The translations under genes and the position numbers were made by a program. The notes under the pieces were generated by a model. That model worked only from the letters and a program-made list of their open reading frames with translations, was not told the DNA's origin and ran no database searches. A DNA stretch of 64,000 nucleotides from Massalongia carnosa (lineage: Eukaryota): assembly GCA_965645245.1 (NCBI GenBank), contig OZ287070.1, positions 2,728,001 to 2,792,000 on the forward strand, in the 5' to 3' direction. Positions 23,804 through 36,786 of this stretch are shown in pieces (the stretch's first letter is position 1; every line of letters starts with the position of its first letter).

Positions 23804-23970
23804 CTAGTGATGCCTTTACTAATAACTCTCGCAGTTGCTTACTGGAGGCAGGGCAATCTTCAGTGCTGGCATAAATAATTAAGCAGCTTTTTTCGAACTG
23901 TCACGAAATCATCATTTACCGCCATACTTGTAGTTGGGGATTCAATATCTTACAGAAGTCGAATACTATC

Positions 23971-24132
23971 GCATCCGGTCGGAAGGATGGTATACGAAAT
24001 ATTAAAAATCAACTTTCCGGCCCAAATACCTTGCTATAATGCACATAATTTTGTACCAAGTTTCAAACCATCAAAATAACAGTTGGGGGGTAAAAAGTTG
24101 GAGGGGCCTGACGGAAACTTTGACCCAGTACT
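23971..24132 (+). mobile_element. Tc1 3'-end remnant
   Basis: Encodes IRSEGWYTKY*, like IASEGWYTK ending at 61253; ends in TIR-like GACGGAAACTTTGACCCAGTAC. Confidence 0.6.
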
Positions 24133-24343
24133 ACAAAAACGGAAGGGCTAGCGCAATGAATGGCTAATGAGTGAGGGAAGATGGTATTGTCGGAGATGAT
24201 GAGAGCTCCGTCCAATAGAAAATTTTCCCAGAGCTAGCATGTTGACGACATCTTTGTTGGGGATAGCGAGGTGAGTTGAGAAACTAAGGTTTTGGGTGCA
24301 AAAAAGTGGAAATTATTGATAGTCGGCACACTAACCGTGTGAC

Positions 24344-26010
24344 CGAGGTAAATCCGATGGACCGCACCCGGAGCTACGCTCCAGGTGCGGCTCACCTCCA
24401 TGACGCTATCATCTCCATGACGCATTTCTCAAACTATTTACATTATATCCATTGATTAACCCTTTCAAAATGAAGCTATTGAAAATCAAAGGCTGACGTT
24501 CATCTATCCAGCTTTCGGCCTTTTTACCCACCAAGCCAAACTGTTGAAACTTGAGACGGTTGATTTTTCTATAGGAGAAGAGCGGCTAATATACATTCAG
24601 CTGACTAAGCATAGAAACTTCCAGAACGAGGGCAGTGCAATTCAACACAAACCGTTTAGCTATCGCTTTTCCATAGAGAAATATTTTCTTTTGTCTAGCC
24701 GTCTCAGCACGCTTTTGACGACCCTCCTCCCTTTCCACCTCTTCTTGGGTACGATGTAGGTGATTGTGCCTCACATCTCGAACGGTAACGATTCCTCCCT
24801 TCTGAACAACGGTACCAGCAAGCTTTTTTCGGGCCCTTTTAGCTAATGCAGCTGTGTGTGTGGCTTGCAAGTCGCGTTGCGTCAATTCTAGTAAATTAGC
24901 GTTTGCAACCGACCCTTTGATAAAACGTCGCATTCTTTCTGGAGTAATTTCTTTATTATTATTCATTCGCTGAATAATGTTTTCCCCTTCCTTAGCAACG
25001 TCTTTGGGCTTTTTGGGGGTATGAGATAGGATTATTGTCTCCGAAGATGATATTGGTAGTGGTAGTAATGCCGGATTTAAAGCACGAATTTTGGTCAAGA
25101 CTACCTCCGGATTGTAAGGTATCAACCCAGTTTTTTCCCAGGCTGATTTGATAGTAGATGATTTTAATGCCTTTGTACAAAATTGATTGAATGCGGCCAG
25201 AAAATCAAGACGATTGAAGTCAACGTCACCCAACCGAATGGCGTTGTCAACCGCTTCAGCATGATAATGTTTCATTGGCTGAAAAACACCAACGTCTAAT
25301 GGCTGCGTCAAATGGGTTGAATGGGGGGGGGGGGGTAATTTGAATAAACAGATATTATTTTCTTTCGAATATTCCCAAAATTCATACGTTAGATGAGATC
25401 CAATCCATCCAGCAAAAGAAGCCTAAACGCTCCTTATTGAACCTTTTTTGAATGAGCATTAAAATGCTTTAACCACTCTAATGCTAGACAATCATTCGAA
25501 TAGCCGCTATCGCTTGTAGTCAACACGATATCATCTTTCAAATCATTCTCTAAGGCCCATTTGTGAAGTATGTTGACCCCTTTCAAAATCAAAAAGGATG
25601 GAACGCTTCCGCCAACTCCATTGTTGCATTCGACCGAAGTTATATAGTCTCGATTGTCTGGATCAGCGATCATAATTCGTTTATGTGATGATAGTGTCAC
25701 CACCATATGGGTTACCCCACAGCCAACTCGAAAGCCTGTCTCATCCATATTCCATATATCATCTGGAGTTATACCAAGAAGGGCTACAATCGATTGAAAT
25801 GAAGAAAAATAAGTTTAAATATCCGTAACATTGTGAGCGTTTTTCCTTTCGGCTGCTAATGGCTTGCCTTTTTGCATGAAAAATTGGGGATTTCTTTTCA
25901 AGAATCGTCCGGTCCAGCATTTTCCTACGCGGGTGAGAGAAGTTGAAGACGAGGAAGGATGTTGCAATTGCAACAAATAATTAGCTGCACCGCGAATCAA
26001 TGGCAATCTT
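24344..26010 (-). mobile_element. pogo/Fot1 (DDE_1) transposon, degenerate; 5' part lost at an LTR insertion
   Basis: WTGRFLKRNP, NMDETGFRVG, SGYSND..LEWLKHF, QPLDVGVFQPMKH; left boundary approximate (hairpin GCACCCGGAGC/GCTCCAGGTGC). Confidence 0.88.
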
Positions 26011-26218
26011 TGTCAGGGGACTGGATTGGATGGTCAAGCTTTCTAATTGACTGAGTCTATAGCTACAGCTAGGCTAGATTGGCTATTCAAGACGTCGGAC
26101 AAGGAGCAAGAACTTTCGAGACTCGACCCCTTCTTTTATATCTGTTCCTTACCTCCTTACCCCTTTGTTTCCTTGATATTCGATGTCTCCTATTCATCTC
26201 CTTTTCCTAAGTTAATAC
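26011..26218. repeat. Truncated LTR related to solo LTR 35809-36239
   Basis: Starts TGTCAGGGGA exactly where the pogo ORF breaks; shares a CAAGACGTC.GA.AA..GAGC block with the solo LTR. Confidence 0.65.
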
Positions 26219-26540
26219 TGAAGAGGGGTAGTCGTGGGTGGTGCATACGTGATGACCTCAAGAAAAGAAGACCGGCAGAAAGGAAACAAGGAACACACGT
26301 GAAAACAACAAACAGAACGTTGGCGGTGACGACTCGGCCACTCTGACACTGTCACTCGGACACGAATACTGACTCTGAAGGAAAGAAAAATGTTGATTGC
26401 CTGTCTGTCTAGAGGGTGAAACTTCCCCTATCTATAGAAAAATGGGCGCCTCAGCCCCGGAAAAACCTCCCCTCCGCTCCGTCCACACCAATCCCCCCCC
26501 CTCCCCTCAGCACCTGCCCTTGTCCCTATTCACCCTATCA
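26219..26540 (-). repeat. 3' LTR of Gypsy F
   Basis: Repeat of 34493-34828 with several substitutions; lacks the 14-bp duplication of the other copy; boundary +/-2 nt. Confidence 0.92.
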
Positions 26541-26688
26541 CACACCCACAGACCCCCATTGATGCCGTCCCCTGGCATCAATGTCTGCCTGTACTATCCG
26601 CCCACCCAGTCGGCGGCGCTCCCAAGTCCCACCACGTGTCCGTCTCGGGCATGGACCGCAAGCGGTCCACCCCTCTCTTCCTTTCTGC

Positions 26689-27321
26689 CTACAACCTTGC
26701 TAACCGCCTCACCTGTTCCTTAGGTTCGATAGGAGTTTTTAGTCCGAATAGGGCAGCAAGCATATTCACGTGACGAAAACACAAACCTATGGATCCATAC
26801 TGATGGAAGGAGAGGAGCTCGATACTCCGGGTGGAGCTCGATTCCCCCTCCCCCTCCAGGTCTGCTACCCACTCTTCTGGTGCCGTGCATGCGCATCTCT
26901 CGTCCCCTTCTTCCTCCACCCGACCAGGCACCTCCGGTGCAGGCGATCCAGGAACCAGAAGGCCATGTGGCCCATAGTGCATCCCTAATCTTGCTAACAT
27001 TGGCCTCGGAATCTTTTCATATGTATTCGAGTCCTCGCTCGCAGTACTCCAATCCACATTTGATGCTCCATTGAATAGCAATTTCTTTCCAGTCCTGGTG
27101 AGTCTCTCTACGATAGCTTGATTTACGGCCGCAATTGTATGCTCATATTTGTACCTCGTGGCGCACTTCCGCACCATAACCAGTTCATTCATGGTTCCAT
27201 CGGACTCTAAGTAGTCCCAGAATTTTGCTACAGTGTCCTCAAAATGTGCGCCCATTTCTTCTAGCGACCCGGCCACTAACTCCTGTACCTGAAGGCGTAC
27301 TGGTGGTGGTAATGTGCCCAT
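26689..27321 (-). CDS. Additional ORF of unknown function between the integrase and 3' LTR of Gypsy F
   Basis: 210-aa sense-strand ORF with protein-like composition; may extend upstream via frame 27239-27424. Confidence 0.5.
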   Translation of the reverse strand: MGTLPPPVRLQVQELVAGSLEEMGAHFEDTVAKFWDYLESDGTMNELVMVRKCATRYKYEHTIAAVNQAIVERLTRTGKKLLFNGASNVDWSTASEDSNTYEKIPRPMLARLGMHYGPHGLLVPGSPAPEVPGRVEEEGDERCACTAPEEWVADLEGEGESSSTRSIELLSFHQYGSIGLCFRHVNMLAALFGLKTPIEPKEQVRRLARL

Positions 27322-27690
27322 GTACTATGTAGGCAATCGCACTATCTAGGGTGGGGAACTCTCTATCCCCGGCCCGTATCTTGACCACCTGGAACTCAGA
27401 GAAGGACATGATGGGAACACACAATCAGGTTATGGAAAGGCAGATGTAAATATGAGAAGAGAGGAGTTGTACTAGGTGTAAAAGTTTTGCTGATGATTGA
27501 TGAAAAGATGAAAGCTGAGGAAGGAGAGAACACAAGATGTGAGGAGTTCTTATGGCTACGTCTTTAGGTGAGGGAGGAAATTAGTCAATACGTGAAGTTC
27601 AAAATCCAAGGAAACTCTCACTTCTTCACTCATACAAAGAAAAATCATCATGAAAGAGCGACTACAGTCAGAAACACACACACACTCGGT

Positions 27691-30600
27691 CTATGCTATG
27701 CCGGAGATCGGAGGAACAACTACCGCTAACGGCCAACCTTCGGGAATTGCATGCTGTCTGGGATCAATGTTGACTTCTTCTGTGTCATGCTCCGGAGTCG
27801 TAATACGAGTAAGGTCTTGTCTGGGGTGGAATTCTTTCAACCGATTGCCCGCAAAGGTGTTAGCCAAGACCGTCCCGTCCAATTCTGCTAGAAGGTATGT
27901 CCCCTTCTCGGGTTTAGCTTCATGTATCCTGTATGGTCCCAGCCATCGATAGGCCAGCTTGACGGAGGTAGACATCACCGCATCTCTCTTGGTGTCATGG
28001 AGCAGTAATAAGTCTCCTTTCTTTAGCTCTTTGGCTCTAATTAGGTGCGCATCATCAAACTCCTCTTTTCCTTCCATCCTCATGCGCTGTAAATGATGCA
28101 CAGCTTCCTCAAGATCCTCCTCCCGCCTCTGAAGCTGACGAGCTCTCATAGCTAATAGCTCGGCAGTTGTATGAACCTCACTCCAAGGAAGAATACGCCA
28201 GGTAGGTACCTCCAACTCAATCGGTAGAACAGGTTCACTGCCACAGGTCACATAATATGGGGAGAAGCCGGTGGTACTCTTGACAGTGGAACGGTCAGCC
28301 CATAATACAGCGGGTAGGTTCTCGACCCAATTTCCCAACCCTCCATCGGTCATCTTGGACAGTGCATCAACAATGGGTCTATGGCCCCTCTCGATCATAC
28401 CATTGGCCTGTGGGTGATAAGAAGACACCTGGACCCTCTTAATTCCGTATCGCGCTGTGAGTTCTTCAACTAAATCCTTGTTTTCCGGCCCTCCATCTAC
28501 AATCAAGCGGCCAAAACAACCATGACGGCAGATGACATCTTCCCAAAGGAACCTAGCGACCGACAACGAATTGGCATTTCCTATTGCCCGAGCTTCTACC
28601 CAGCCTGAAAGATCATCTCTAGCAGCCACCAGGAACTTCTTGCCCTCCCTTGAAGGCATGTACACAACATCCAGACCTACTTTGGCCCAACAAAGACTTA
28701 TCCAGGTAGGATGTAGAGCTTCTTCCTGCTGTGTAGGGTCCCGCATTTGACATCTCTCGCAACTTCGTACGTAGGCCTTGACATGAGCATGAAGGTCCTC
28801 CCACCAGTAGCGGTCAGCAATCCTACGGTAGGTCCCTTCTCTCCCTTTGTGACCACTCTCATCATGTAGTTTCTCCATAATCTCCTGTCTCTCCTTGTCG
28901 TCATCTACAACTCTTCGTATGGGGACATTTTTGTTGTTTCGTCGAAACAGCTTTCTCCCCTGCACACAGTATCTCATCGCTTCTTTCTTGAACTTGTAAA
29001 ACTCTTTTCTTCCCATGCCGGCCGGTCTCTGTAAACTCGTAAGATAGGCAGCGATTTGTTGAGATTTTTCTGAATAACTCTCCTCTAAGGGCAGTTCGTC
29101 TGTAACGGAAATAGGGCAACTCTTAGAGAGCCTAATTCTGCATCAATAAAATCTTCTATGTCTTCTTCCATCTCTCTCTCCCGTATATCGTCTTCGGTAG
29201 GGGGTTTACGAGACAGTCCAGCTGCTGCTGTATGCTTTTTACCCGCAACGTGCTTCACGTCAAAGTCGAAGAGCTGAATCCAAGCTATCCATCTGGTAAC
29301 AAGCGCACCTGGCAAATCCGTCCCTCCACGATTTAATTGAGCCACAAGCACCGAAGCATCTGTCTCCAACAAGAAATGTATTCCATAAAGATAGTTGCGG
29401 ACCTTCTTGAGAGCCTTCAAGACCCCTCTACACTCTCTCTTCGTCGCATCATAGGACTTTTCGGTGTCGGACCAAATACCACTTTCATATCGCGAAGGGT
29501 GTCGCTTGCCCTCCCACTCCTGCATCAAGACGGCACCCCATCCCTTACCACTCGAATCCACTCCCAAAATGATGAGCCCAGCTCCTATCGAATAATCCAG
29601 CGACCGCAGTGCCGGAGAGGTAGTCAACGCAAGTTTCAGCTTATCCATGGCTTCTTGTTGCTCTACTCCCCAAACAAAAAGGATCTTCTTTTTGAACAGA
29701 CGGTAGATAGGCTCAGCGACGATGGCAAACTCAAAGATCCATATACGATAGTACACGCAAACACCGATGAAAGCTCGTGCACCGGTAACATCCTGACAAG
29801 GAGGCCAATCAACAATTTTTATGACCTTGGCAGTATCCGGATGTCGACCGTCATAGTCACAAATATAACCAACAATACGGATCCCAGGCATGGCAAATTG
29901 TGATTTTGCCCCCGAGATAGTCACACCAGCTCTCTCATAATCGGCTAGAACCTCGTCCAGCGCCTGAAGATGTTCCTTTATAAATCGGCGGATGCCAGGG
30001 GCGACCATTTCATTGTCATACTTTGTCTTGGGCCCTTTGACTCCCACATCATCCACGAAAGGTTCCGCATTATGAGGTATCTGAGCCTGCAGGATTTGAT
30101 TATTTATCCTAACAAATTGTCCCACGGAATTGGTGGCTCCTTGAGGAAGTCGAGTCATCCTCATGAGTCCTAGTGCCGTCTGAAAAGCTGTATAGTCTCT
30201 GCTCTTGAGGTCTAGCGAAATTTGATCATATCCGGAAAACCAGTCCACCAACGACGCTACCGAACATCCGGCGAAGTTCTCAGCAAAATCGTCCGCCATA
30301 GGAGGTAAAGTGGCGTCCCGCAAGGTAACTCTGTTCATTTCCGTGCAGGCATTGATGAGCCTATATTTTCCCTTCTCCTTTTTCCCTATGACATACCAAG
30401 GATTGCGATAATGACCATGGCAAGGTTATATTGCTCCGATCGCAAGGCGCTCTTTTACCATTTCGATAGTCTTCTCCTGTAGTGATTTTGGAATAGCGAA
30501 ACCAGGATGCTGCCAAGGCTTATGCTCGATCGTACGGATCTCCTGCGGAGGCGCCACTTCTGGTCGGACCAGTCCCATCTCTGAAAAGTCCCAAGCGAGT

Positions 30601-31223
30601 GCAGCTTCCCTACCGTGTAGGACTTCGGCCAAAAGGTCTCTCTCTTCCATGGACAACCCATCCCCTACTCGAATCTTTTGCAATCTTTCTGGAGTCAATC
30701 GTGCTCCTCGCGCCATACGTGAGAATTTCGGTATCAACCACCCTGGATATTTTTCGTTGGGCAACCTAGGCATCGCTCTTTCCCTCTCCAAAGCTCTTTC
30801 TCTCCAATCAGGCATGCCCCCAGGCATTGAACCGTCAGAAATCCATCTTTCCGCCGGGCGCACCTTATCACCCTTTCTCTTGTATGCTCCATCAACCCGA
30901 ACAAACTCCCTATCTCTATCTCTTGCTTGCGAAACCGAAAATAAATCATACTTGCGTGATAACCGAAACTCCTGCCCAATATCAAAACTGGGTACAAACT
31001 CCCAATGCGGACTAGTGGATGTTCCAACCCTAAGCCTGCCGCTAAGGATGCAAGCTGCAGCTACTTTGGATTTAGCGTCAGAATGGCGCACTAGGCCTAA
31101 TCGGTTACTTAATCCAAGATTAAGTGACGCATTGGCACTAGCGCGCTTTTCTTTCTTCCTCGGGCTATTCGAACTCCACGCCGCAGACAAACCCCCGACA
31201 GCTCGCCTGCATTCTAGTTTAAA
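27691..31223 (-). pseudogene. pol: Gypsy F pol (RT, RNase H, integrase)
   Basis: DWFSGYDQI, LPQGATNS, FVDD, VDSSGKGWG, RYESG, HDESGH..CERC, DGGPEN, NGMIER, WLGPY; stop at 30426-30428 and frameshift near 29085. Confidence 0.95.
31160..31223 (-). promoter_or_regulatory. -1 frameshift signal U UUA AAC plus candidate H-type pseudoknot
   Basis: TTTAAAC (31223-31217), stop TAG, 6-nt spacer, 10-bp stem GCAGGCGAGC/GTTTGTCTGC, loop TCGGG complementary to downstream CCCGA; the -1 frame joins ORF 30426-31190. Confidence 0.85.
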
Positions 31224-34091
31224 GGAAAAATGTCCTCCTCCTGCCGGTTGCCTTCGTCTTGATAATCAATAGCTCGGAACACGACGGACTTATGACCAGT
31301 ACAGTTCTTGATGACCGCAAAAGCTCCCTGACGACGGTACTCATACTGCAGCTCCACCATAAACAAGAAAGGCGCACCCAGGACCAGTTGATGATCCGCG
31401 GAGTCCACTACAAACACCTGTTGAAAACTCTTTAGACCCCCAATGTTTATCTCAACATTCTCGCATACTCCATCGAAGTGTTTTCGGTGCCCGGTGTGAG
31501 AAACCAAACCCAAGTGAGGAGCCGGTCTCCAGGATAGTCCAGCTTGATGCATAAGCTTAGAGGTCATCACATTGACTTCCGCGCCAGAATGTAGAAGAGC
31601 CACACTTTTGAGAAAGCCTTCTAATCGAACAGGAGCCTTAGGAGTGGATAAGGAATATAAAAGCTTCGGAATCTGTCCGCTACCCATCATCGCATCATCG
31701 CTAACCCCCAGTGAACTAACATGCGCGGGAGGAGGTTTAGGATGCTTTATAGGCTTGGAAAAGAGCTCTCGCACCCGAGGGGATATGGACCATAACTCGG
31801 ACAAGGGCATGGTTATCGGTATTTGAGTCACCTTTTTCATCAGTGTTTCATCATCCATGTCGATTTTTGTCAGCTCTGGCAAACGGAGAGCTCGAGGAGG
31901 CTTCACCTTGGCCTCATCAATTTCCACTACTTTAGGCTCAGACGAAGTCTCCTTCTTATCGGCTATAGCTTTCTTCTTATTGTCCGCAAAAGTCACGTTT
32001 TTCTTCGTAGAAGAAACCTCCGGTGTTCCATTTGGATAAGTCACAAACTCCTCAACTTCTTCCATGTCAGTATCTTCTGTCGCATCTTCCACAGTCACTT
32101 GCTGCCAACTACCAAATCTCGTATTCTTTGGAGTAGGAAGCTTTTCCTCTTTCTCAACTTTTCGTTTCAATATCCGGCGAACTGGCTCATGAAAATTGGC
32201 GGTACTCTTCGGCTTCTCATTGACTCGGGCGGCGTTTACTATTGCCTCCTTGGTACTATCCGTGCGATGTTCCACAATGCAAAGGCCAAAATCTTTGTCG
32301 TCCCAACTCTCATCTTCACTAGACAACTCATCAGGTTCGAGCTCTCCAACACGCACCGTATTAGCTTCAACCGTGGCCGCAGGGGCAGAATAGCGAAGCC
32401 GTTCGGACTCTGCCACACACTGTCTTTGAGAACGGTCCAGCCTCATCTGTACGGGACGTGCGCCTGGGTTCGGAGGTCCTACACATATCCGACCCTCGAA
32501 GTTTAAATGTATACGATTGCTGGAGAGGTCAGCCCTATAATCAGAGCACTGCCAGCGGCCTCTATGATCAGTAGACCAACAATAGTTACAACGTTGAGGG
32601 TTCGAAGATGAGTAATTGCCACCAGCAGAGTTCGTTTGTGCCTGGGGAGGGATCAGAGAAGAAGATGGCTGTGCATTTCTAGGCTGCGACGTCGTTTGTT
32701 CTGGCACTACAGTAGGGGCAGATTGGAAATTTTGCTGAAGTGGAGGAGGCTGATACGGTCGGTAAGGTCGTGGGCCCGGTAGGGGCGCTTGCATCACATT
32801 GCTCTGTATGTTAGAGGTCACCGCAGTCACAGTGGACAACATCATATCTTTAACACCGTGGGTAATTTCCTCGATAGCGCTATTCATAATAGCCCTGGTA
32901 TCTATCACCGGAGGGGCTATAGGCGCTTGTGTAAGAGAAGAACTAGGAGGAGAGGCTTTTTGCTTGCTTGCTGCCCGTCCATAATCATCCACCAAGGCAC
33001 TAATCTTATCTTGTTCCTTATCTCCTCGTACTAGATCTCTCAGGCGCTGACTTGAGGTAGCCAGAGTTATAGTGTACTGGACCAAAGTATCGAGCATCAG
33101 GGGTTCGTCGCCTTCTAGGTCAATATCATATCGCATGAATAGCTCCGAACATAATTTCTCCGGTAAACCTTGAACAAACCATAAACAATTGAGTGAAATT
33201 GTCAAGCCTTTGGCCGCCAGGAAGCTGCCTGCAAATAGCCACAAAACGACGACAACATAGCGGTATGTCATCCTCCTCCATGCGAGGCTTATTCTTTAGT
33301 GCTTCCAGAAAAGCTCGAGAGTTGACTTGTTGCGAGGTGTCATTATGACGGTATTCCTTGCGCATTGCCTTGGCTAGGCTGTCCCAATCACCAGAGGTAA
33401 ACTCGATCATAGACTTGACGTTCTGGCCTATCAGGTTCTCACAGTACCAGGGCAAACGTGGAATAATTTGATCTTCGGCGAGTCGGTAGTCGCGACACAT
33501 AAGAAGATAGCGATCCAGGAAATCGGTGACATTTCCTCCCGTGAAAAAGGGCGTTCCAGGGGAACCAGGGTGAGGTAAGGCCATATAAAAACGCGGGTCC
33601 ATCGGGAACGGTCCTATAGCAGGAGGTGGTGGCAATTCCGCCGTCGGTTGGTACACAGGCTCACCGGCAGGAGCTTTTTCTGAACGTATGGAGGCGTCAG
33701 GAGTAGAGTCTTCGGATTTTTGTTCGAGTGTCTCCGGTCGCAGGCTAAAAGGGTCACTATTGGACATGATCAGCTCACTGTAAGACTTGTCGTATACTGT
33801 ACCCAATTGCTCCAAGGAATGAGGCACTAAACTGGGGGGGTAAGAAACACAAGGAAAATTTCGGGATCTCGATTTTCTAATAACAGAACGATGAACTTTT
33901 TTCGAATTTTCTTTTCTGCTCACTCTCTGATTTTTCTCTGTCTTTTTGTCGCCTCTCATCTTTACGCGGCCGAAAGGCTCAGTCTTATAGTACTCTCGGA
34001 ACAATGGCTCCATGTCTCGGACCTCTTGGAGATATTTTTTGCCGAGCCATAACAGCATGGAATCCGGAATTTGTAGCGAAATAGTAACCAT
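31214..34091 (-). pseudogene. gag: Gypsy F gag-protease
   Basis: PFFTGGNVTDFLDRY gag motif, CNYCWSTDHRGRWQC knuckle, protease ALLHSGAEVN (catalytic D appears as H); frameshift near 33190. Confidence 0.88.
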
Positions 34092-34477
34092 TTTTCGTTA
34101 GTCGAGACGCGCCGTCGCATAGGCCGCTGCCACCAGTATTGAGGTTTTTCGGGATTCGCCACTCGCTAAAACCCGACGCTGCTTCTAAAAAGGGTAAAGT
34201 ATGGCTTGCGTCGTCCCGCGGATTGCTTCTTAGACTTCCAATTGGTCTTCTTTCAGCTCACCGCCTTCGGTCTAGAACATCAAGGTCGAACTCGATCCCA
34301 CTATCAAACAAAGAAATAAGAAACACTCTGAAGGTTAGTTCACGATCCGTGCCCCGCCCCTTTTGAACTCTTGGCTTTTTCAGGGTCAAACGCGTTCCCA
34401 CTCTCTTTTCGTTCGAATCTGCACTCGTTGATCTCTCTAGACTCTTGCTTCTACCGAATAGCCTCAAAAGGTCATCG

Positions 34478-34491
34478 CACCGTGGTCGCCA
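34478..34491 (-). promoter_or_regulatory. tRNA 3'-end PBS of Gypsy F (possibly tRNA-Ser)
   Basis: TGGCGACCACGGTG 1 nt after the 5' LTR; TGG start complements tRNA CCA. Confidence 0.75.
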
Positions 34492-34492
34492 A

Positions 34493-34828
34493 TGAAGAGG
34501 GGTAGTCGTGGGTGGTGCATACGTGATGACCTCAAGGAGAGAAGACCGGCAGAAAGCAAACAAGGAACACACGTGAAAACAACAAACAGAACGTTGGTGG
34601 TGACGACTCGGCCACTCTGACACTGTCACTCGGACACTGTCACTCGGACACGAATACTGACTCTGAAGGAAAGGAAAATGTTGATTGCCTGTCTGTCTAG
34701 AGGGTGAAACTTCCCCTATCTATAGAAAAATGGGCGCCTCAGCCCCGGAAAACCTCCCCTCCGCTCCGTCCACACCAATCCCCCCCTCCTCTCCTCAGCA
34801 CCTGCCCTTGTCCCTATTCACCCTATCA
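34493..34828 (-). repeat. 5' LTR of Gypsy F
   Basis: Repeat of 26219-26540 with tandem duplication of CACTGTCACTCGGA. Confidence 0.92.
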
Positions 34829-35808
34829 CAGCAGGTGCCCAGTCACTCCATGATAATTTATTCAGCAAGTTAAATATATATTTTAGTTCTATGCGATAAG
34901 TCCTGAAAATCGTAAATCTCTCACTATATTTGAATGCATCAATACAGCGGGCGATTATCCTCTACCACCTTTAATTCTTATATAAGGACATGAAATCATG
35001 ATGGACTGGTTTTCAAAAGAGTTGCCAAAGGGAACTCGAATTATACCTTCAAAAAACGGATTTACCTCTGACAAGATATCACAGGTAAATCTTCAGCAGT
35101 ATATTGATCATTCAGACTCTAGACCAGAAGCAGACTGGAAAATAATGCTCATTGATAATCATGGCAGTCATTGTACTCCTGAGTTTATAGCTCTTGCTAA
35201 CTTAAATCATATTTGTCCTTATCTACTTATACCGTATCTTATAAACTGTATGCAGCCGCTTGATGTTGGATTATTTCAACCCCATAAACACTGGCATGAT
35301 ATGGCAATTCAAGATGCTCTACTGGAATTTAATGTTGAGTATACATTACAGCGATTTCTTGCGGATCTTACTAAGATACGTGATAATACTTTCAAGAAAT
35401 GTACTATTCGAAGTGCTTTTGAGATATCAGGAATGTGGCCTGTTAATGCTAAAAATTGCATCTCATTGCTTAAAACTTTCAAGCCGCCTGATGCTCAAGA
35501 AAAGCTACACAATAAAGAAAAAGAGCCTACTCTTCCAATCTTGCCACATATTCAGCCAACATCCTCAATGGATGTTGAAATAGGACTTCAAACATGGCAG
35601 AAGAAAATTCAACAAGGAATTTTGTTGAGTGATCCGGCTCGCTCAGAGCAATTTGAGTCGTTTGTTAATAATACAAGAACCGTTTGTACACAAGCTACGT
35701 TAATGATATTCAATTATCTATATATCAGAAAAGAAGAGAAGATGACTTAAAACAGAAATCTACCTCTCGTAAGCGATTACGAACCTTAGGTTCAGGATTA
35801 GGGCTTAC

Positions 35809-36239
35809 TGTCAGGGGAGGGCTGGAGAGATACAAGACTCTATCTTGCAGAATGGATATCTAGATATGCTAAAACTAGAAGTTGAGAATAATACACAAGA
35901 CGTCCGATAAAGAGCTCTAAACACCTGGGAAACCACATAGACTTTATAGCCATAGCTTTCAACTCTCCTATTCTCGACTTGCCCTATCTCTGTTCCTATA
36001 CTAATTTCCTTAACATGATTGCTTTGACCTATCCCGCCTTTATCTGTGCTGAAGCACTCTCAGTCATAAGCCTGGATAGTGGAGACTTGGAGATTGGATA
36101 CGGATTGTAGGAGATTGATAGTGCGCTGAGGGCGGCAGAAGAACGCCTGAGCACGATGGGTGAGGTTTTACAGCAATGGGCCCTGTTAAATACTAACCCG
36201 ATCAGGACAAGCGGGAGGGTGCGAAGCGATTCCGTGACA
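35809..36239. mobile_element. Solo LTR (431 bp)
   Basis: TGTCA...TGACA with CTTAC TSD (35804-35808, 36240-36244). Confidence 0.93.
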
Positions 36240-36615
36240 CTTACTAAAGAGAATACTGAGGAGATGATTGCAGCAAAGGAAAAACAAGCTAAAGAAACAG
36301 AAGCAAAGAAGCAGCATCACACATGGATAAAGATTTGGCGTATAGAAAGAGACGCAAAATATGCCGAAGGAGTGATTGCTCGAAAGCAAGGAAGAAATCG
36401 TTTACGACAAATTAAAGAGCTTTCAAAATAAGATCTTGCTATTTCCTCCGAGCATCTTATTCCTATTCCCGATCCCGAAGCAATTTGGAAGGCAACAGAT
36501 GTTATTTAGCAAGAAGAAGAGAGAAAGAAAGCGAAAAAGACTAAATCTCAAGTATATAACGAAGATGAGGCGGAGACAACATTCATCTCAGATGTTACAG
36601 GTGATTCTTCTTTGC

Positions 36616-36786
36616 TGTAACGGTTCGACCGAGCGTGGTGCGGACGGCAGGACCTACAGCGAACATAGCATGAGTCCTAGTTATAGTAGAATAGAGCTTG
36701 GTCTGCGGACTAAGTATTGTGCCTTTTGGTCGGGAAGAACAGGTGGCGCAATGGTAGAAATCTATTTACTATCTCGCTTCGTCACA
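36616..36786. mobile_element. Solo LTR (171 bp)
   Basis: TGTAAC...GTCACA with TTTGC TSD (36611-36615, 36787-36791). Confidence 0.9.

Larger units (their letters stand above)
26219..34828 (-). mobile_element. Ty3/Gypsy element F (non-chromoviral, Ylt1-like motifs), degenerate
   Basis: LTRs 26219-26540 and 34493-34828, tRNA PBS, gag-PR / RT-RH-IN, extra 3' ORF; no matching TSD. Confidence 0.93.
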
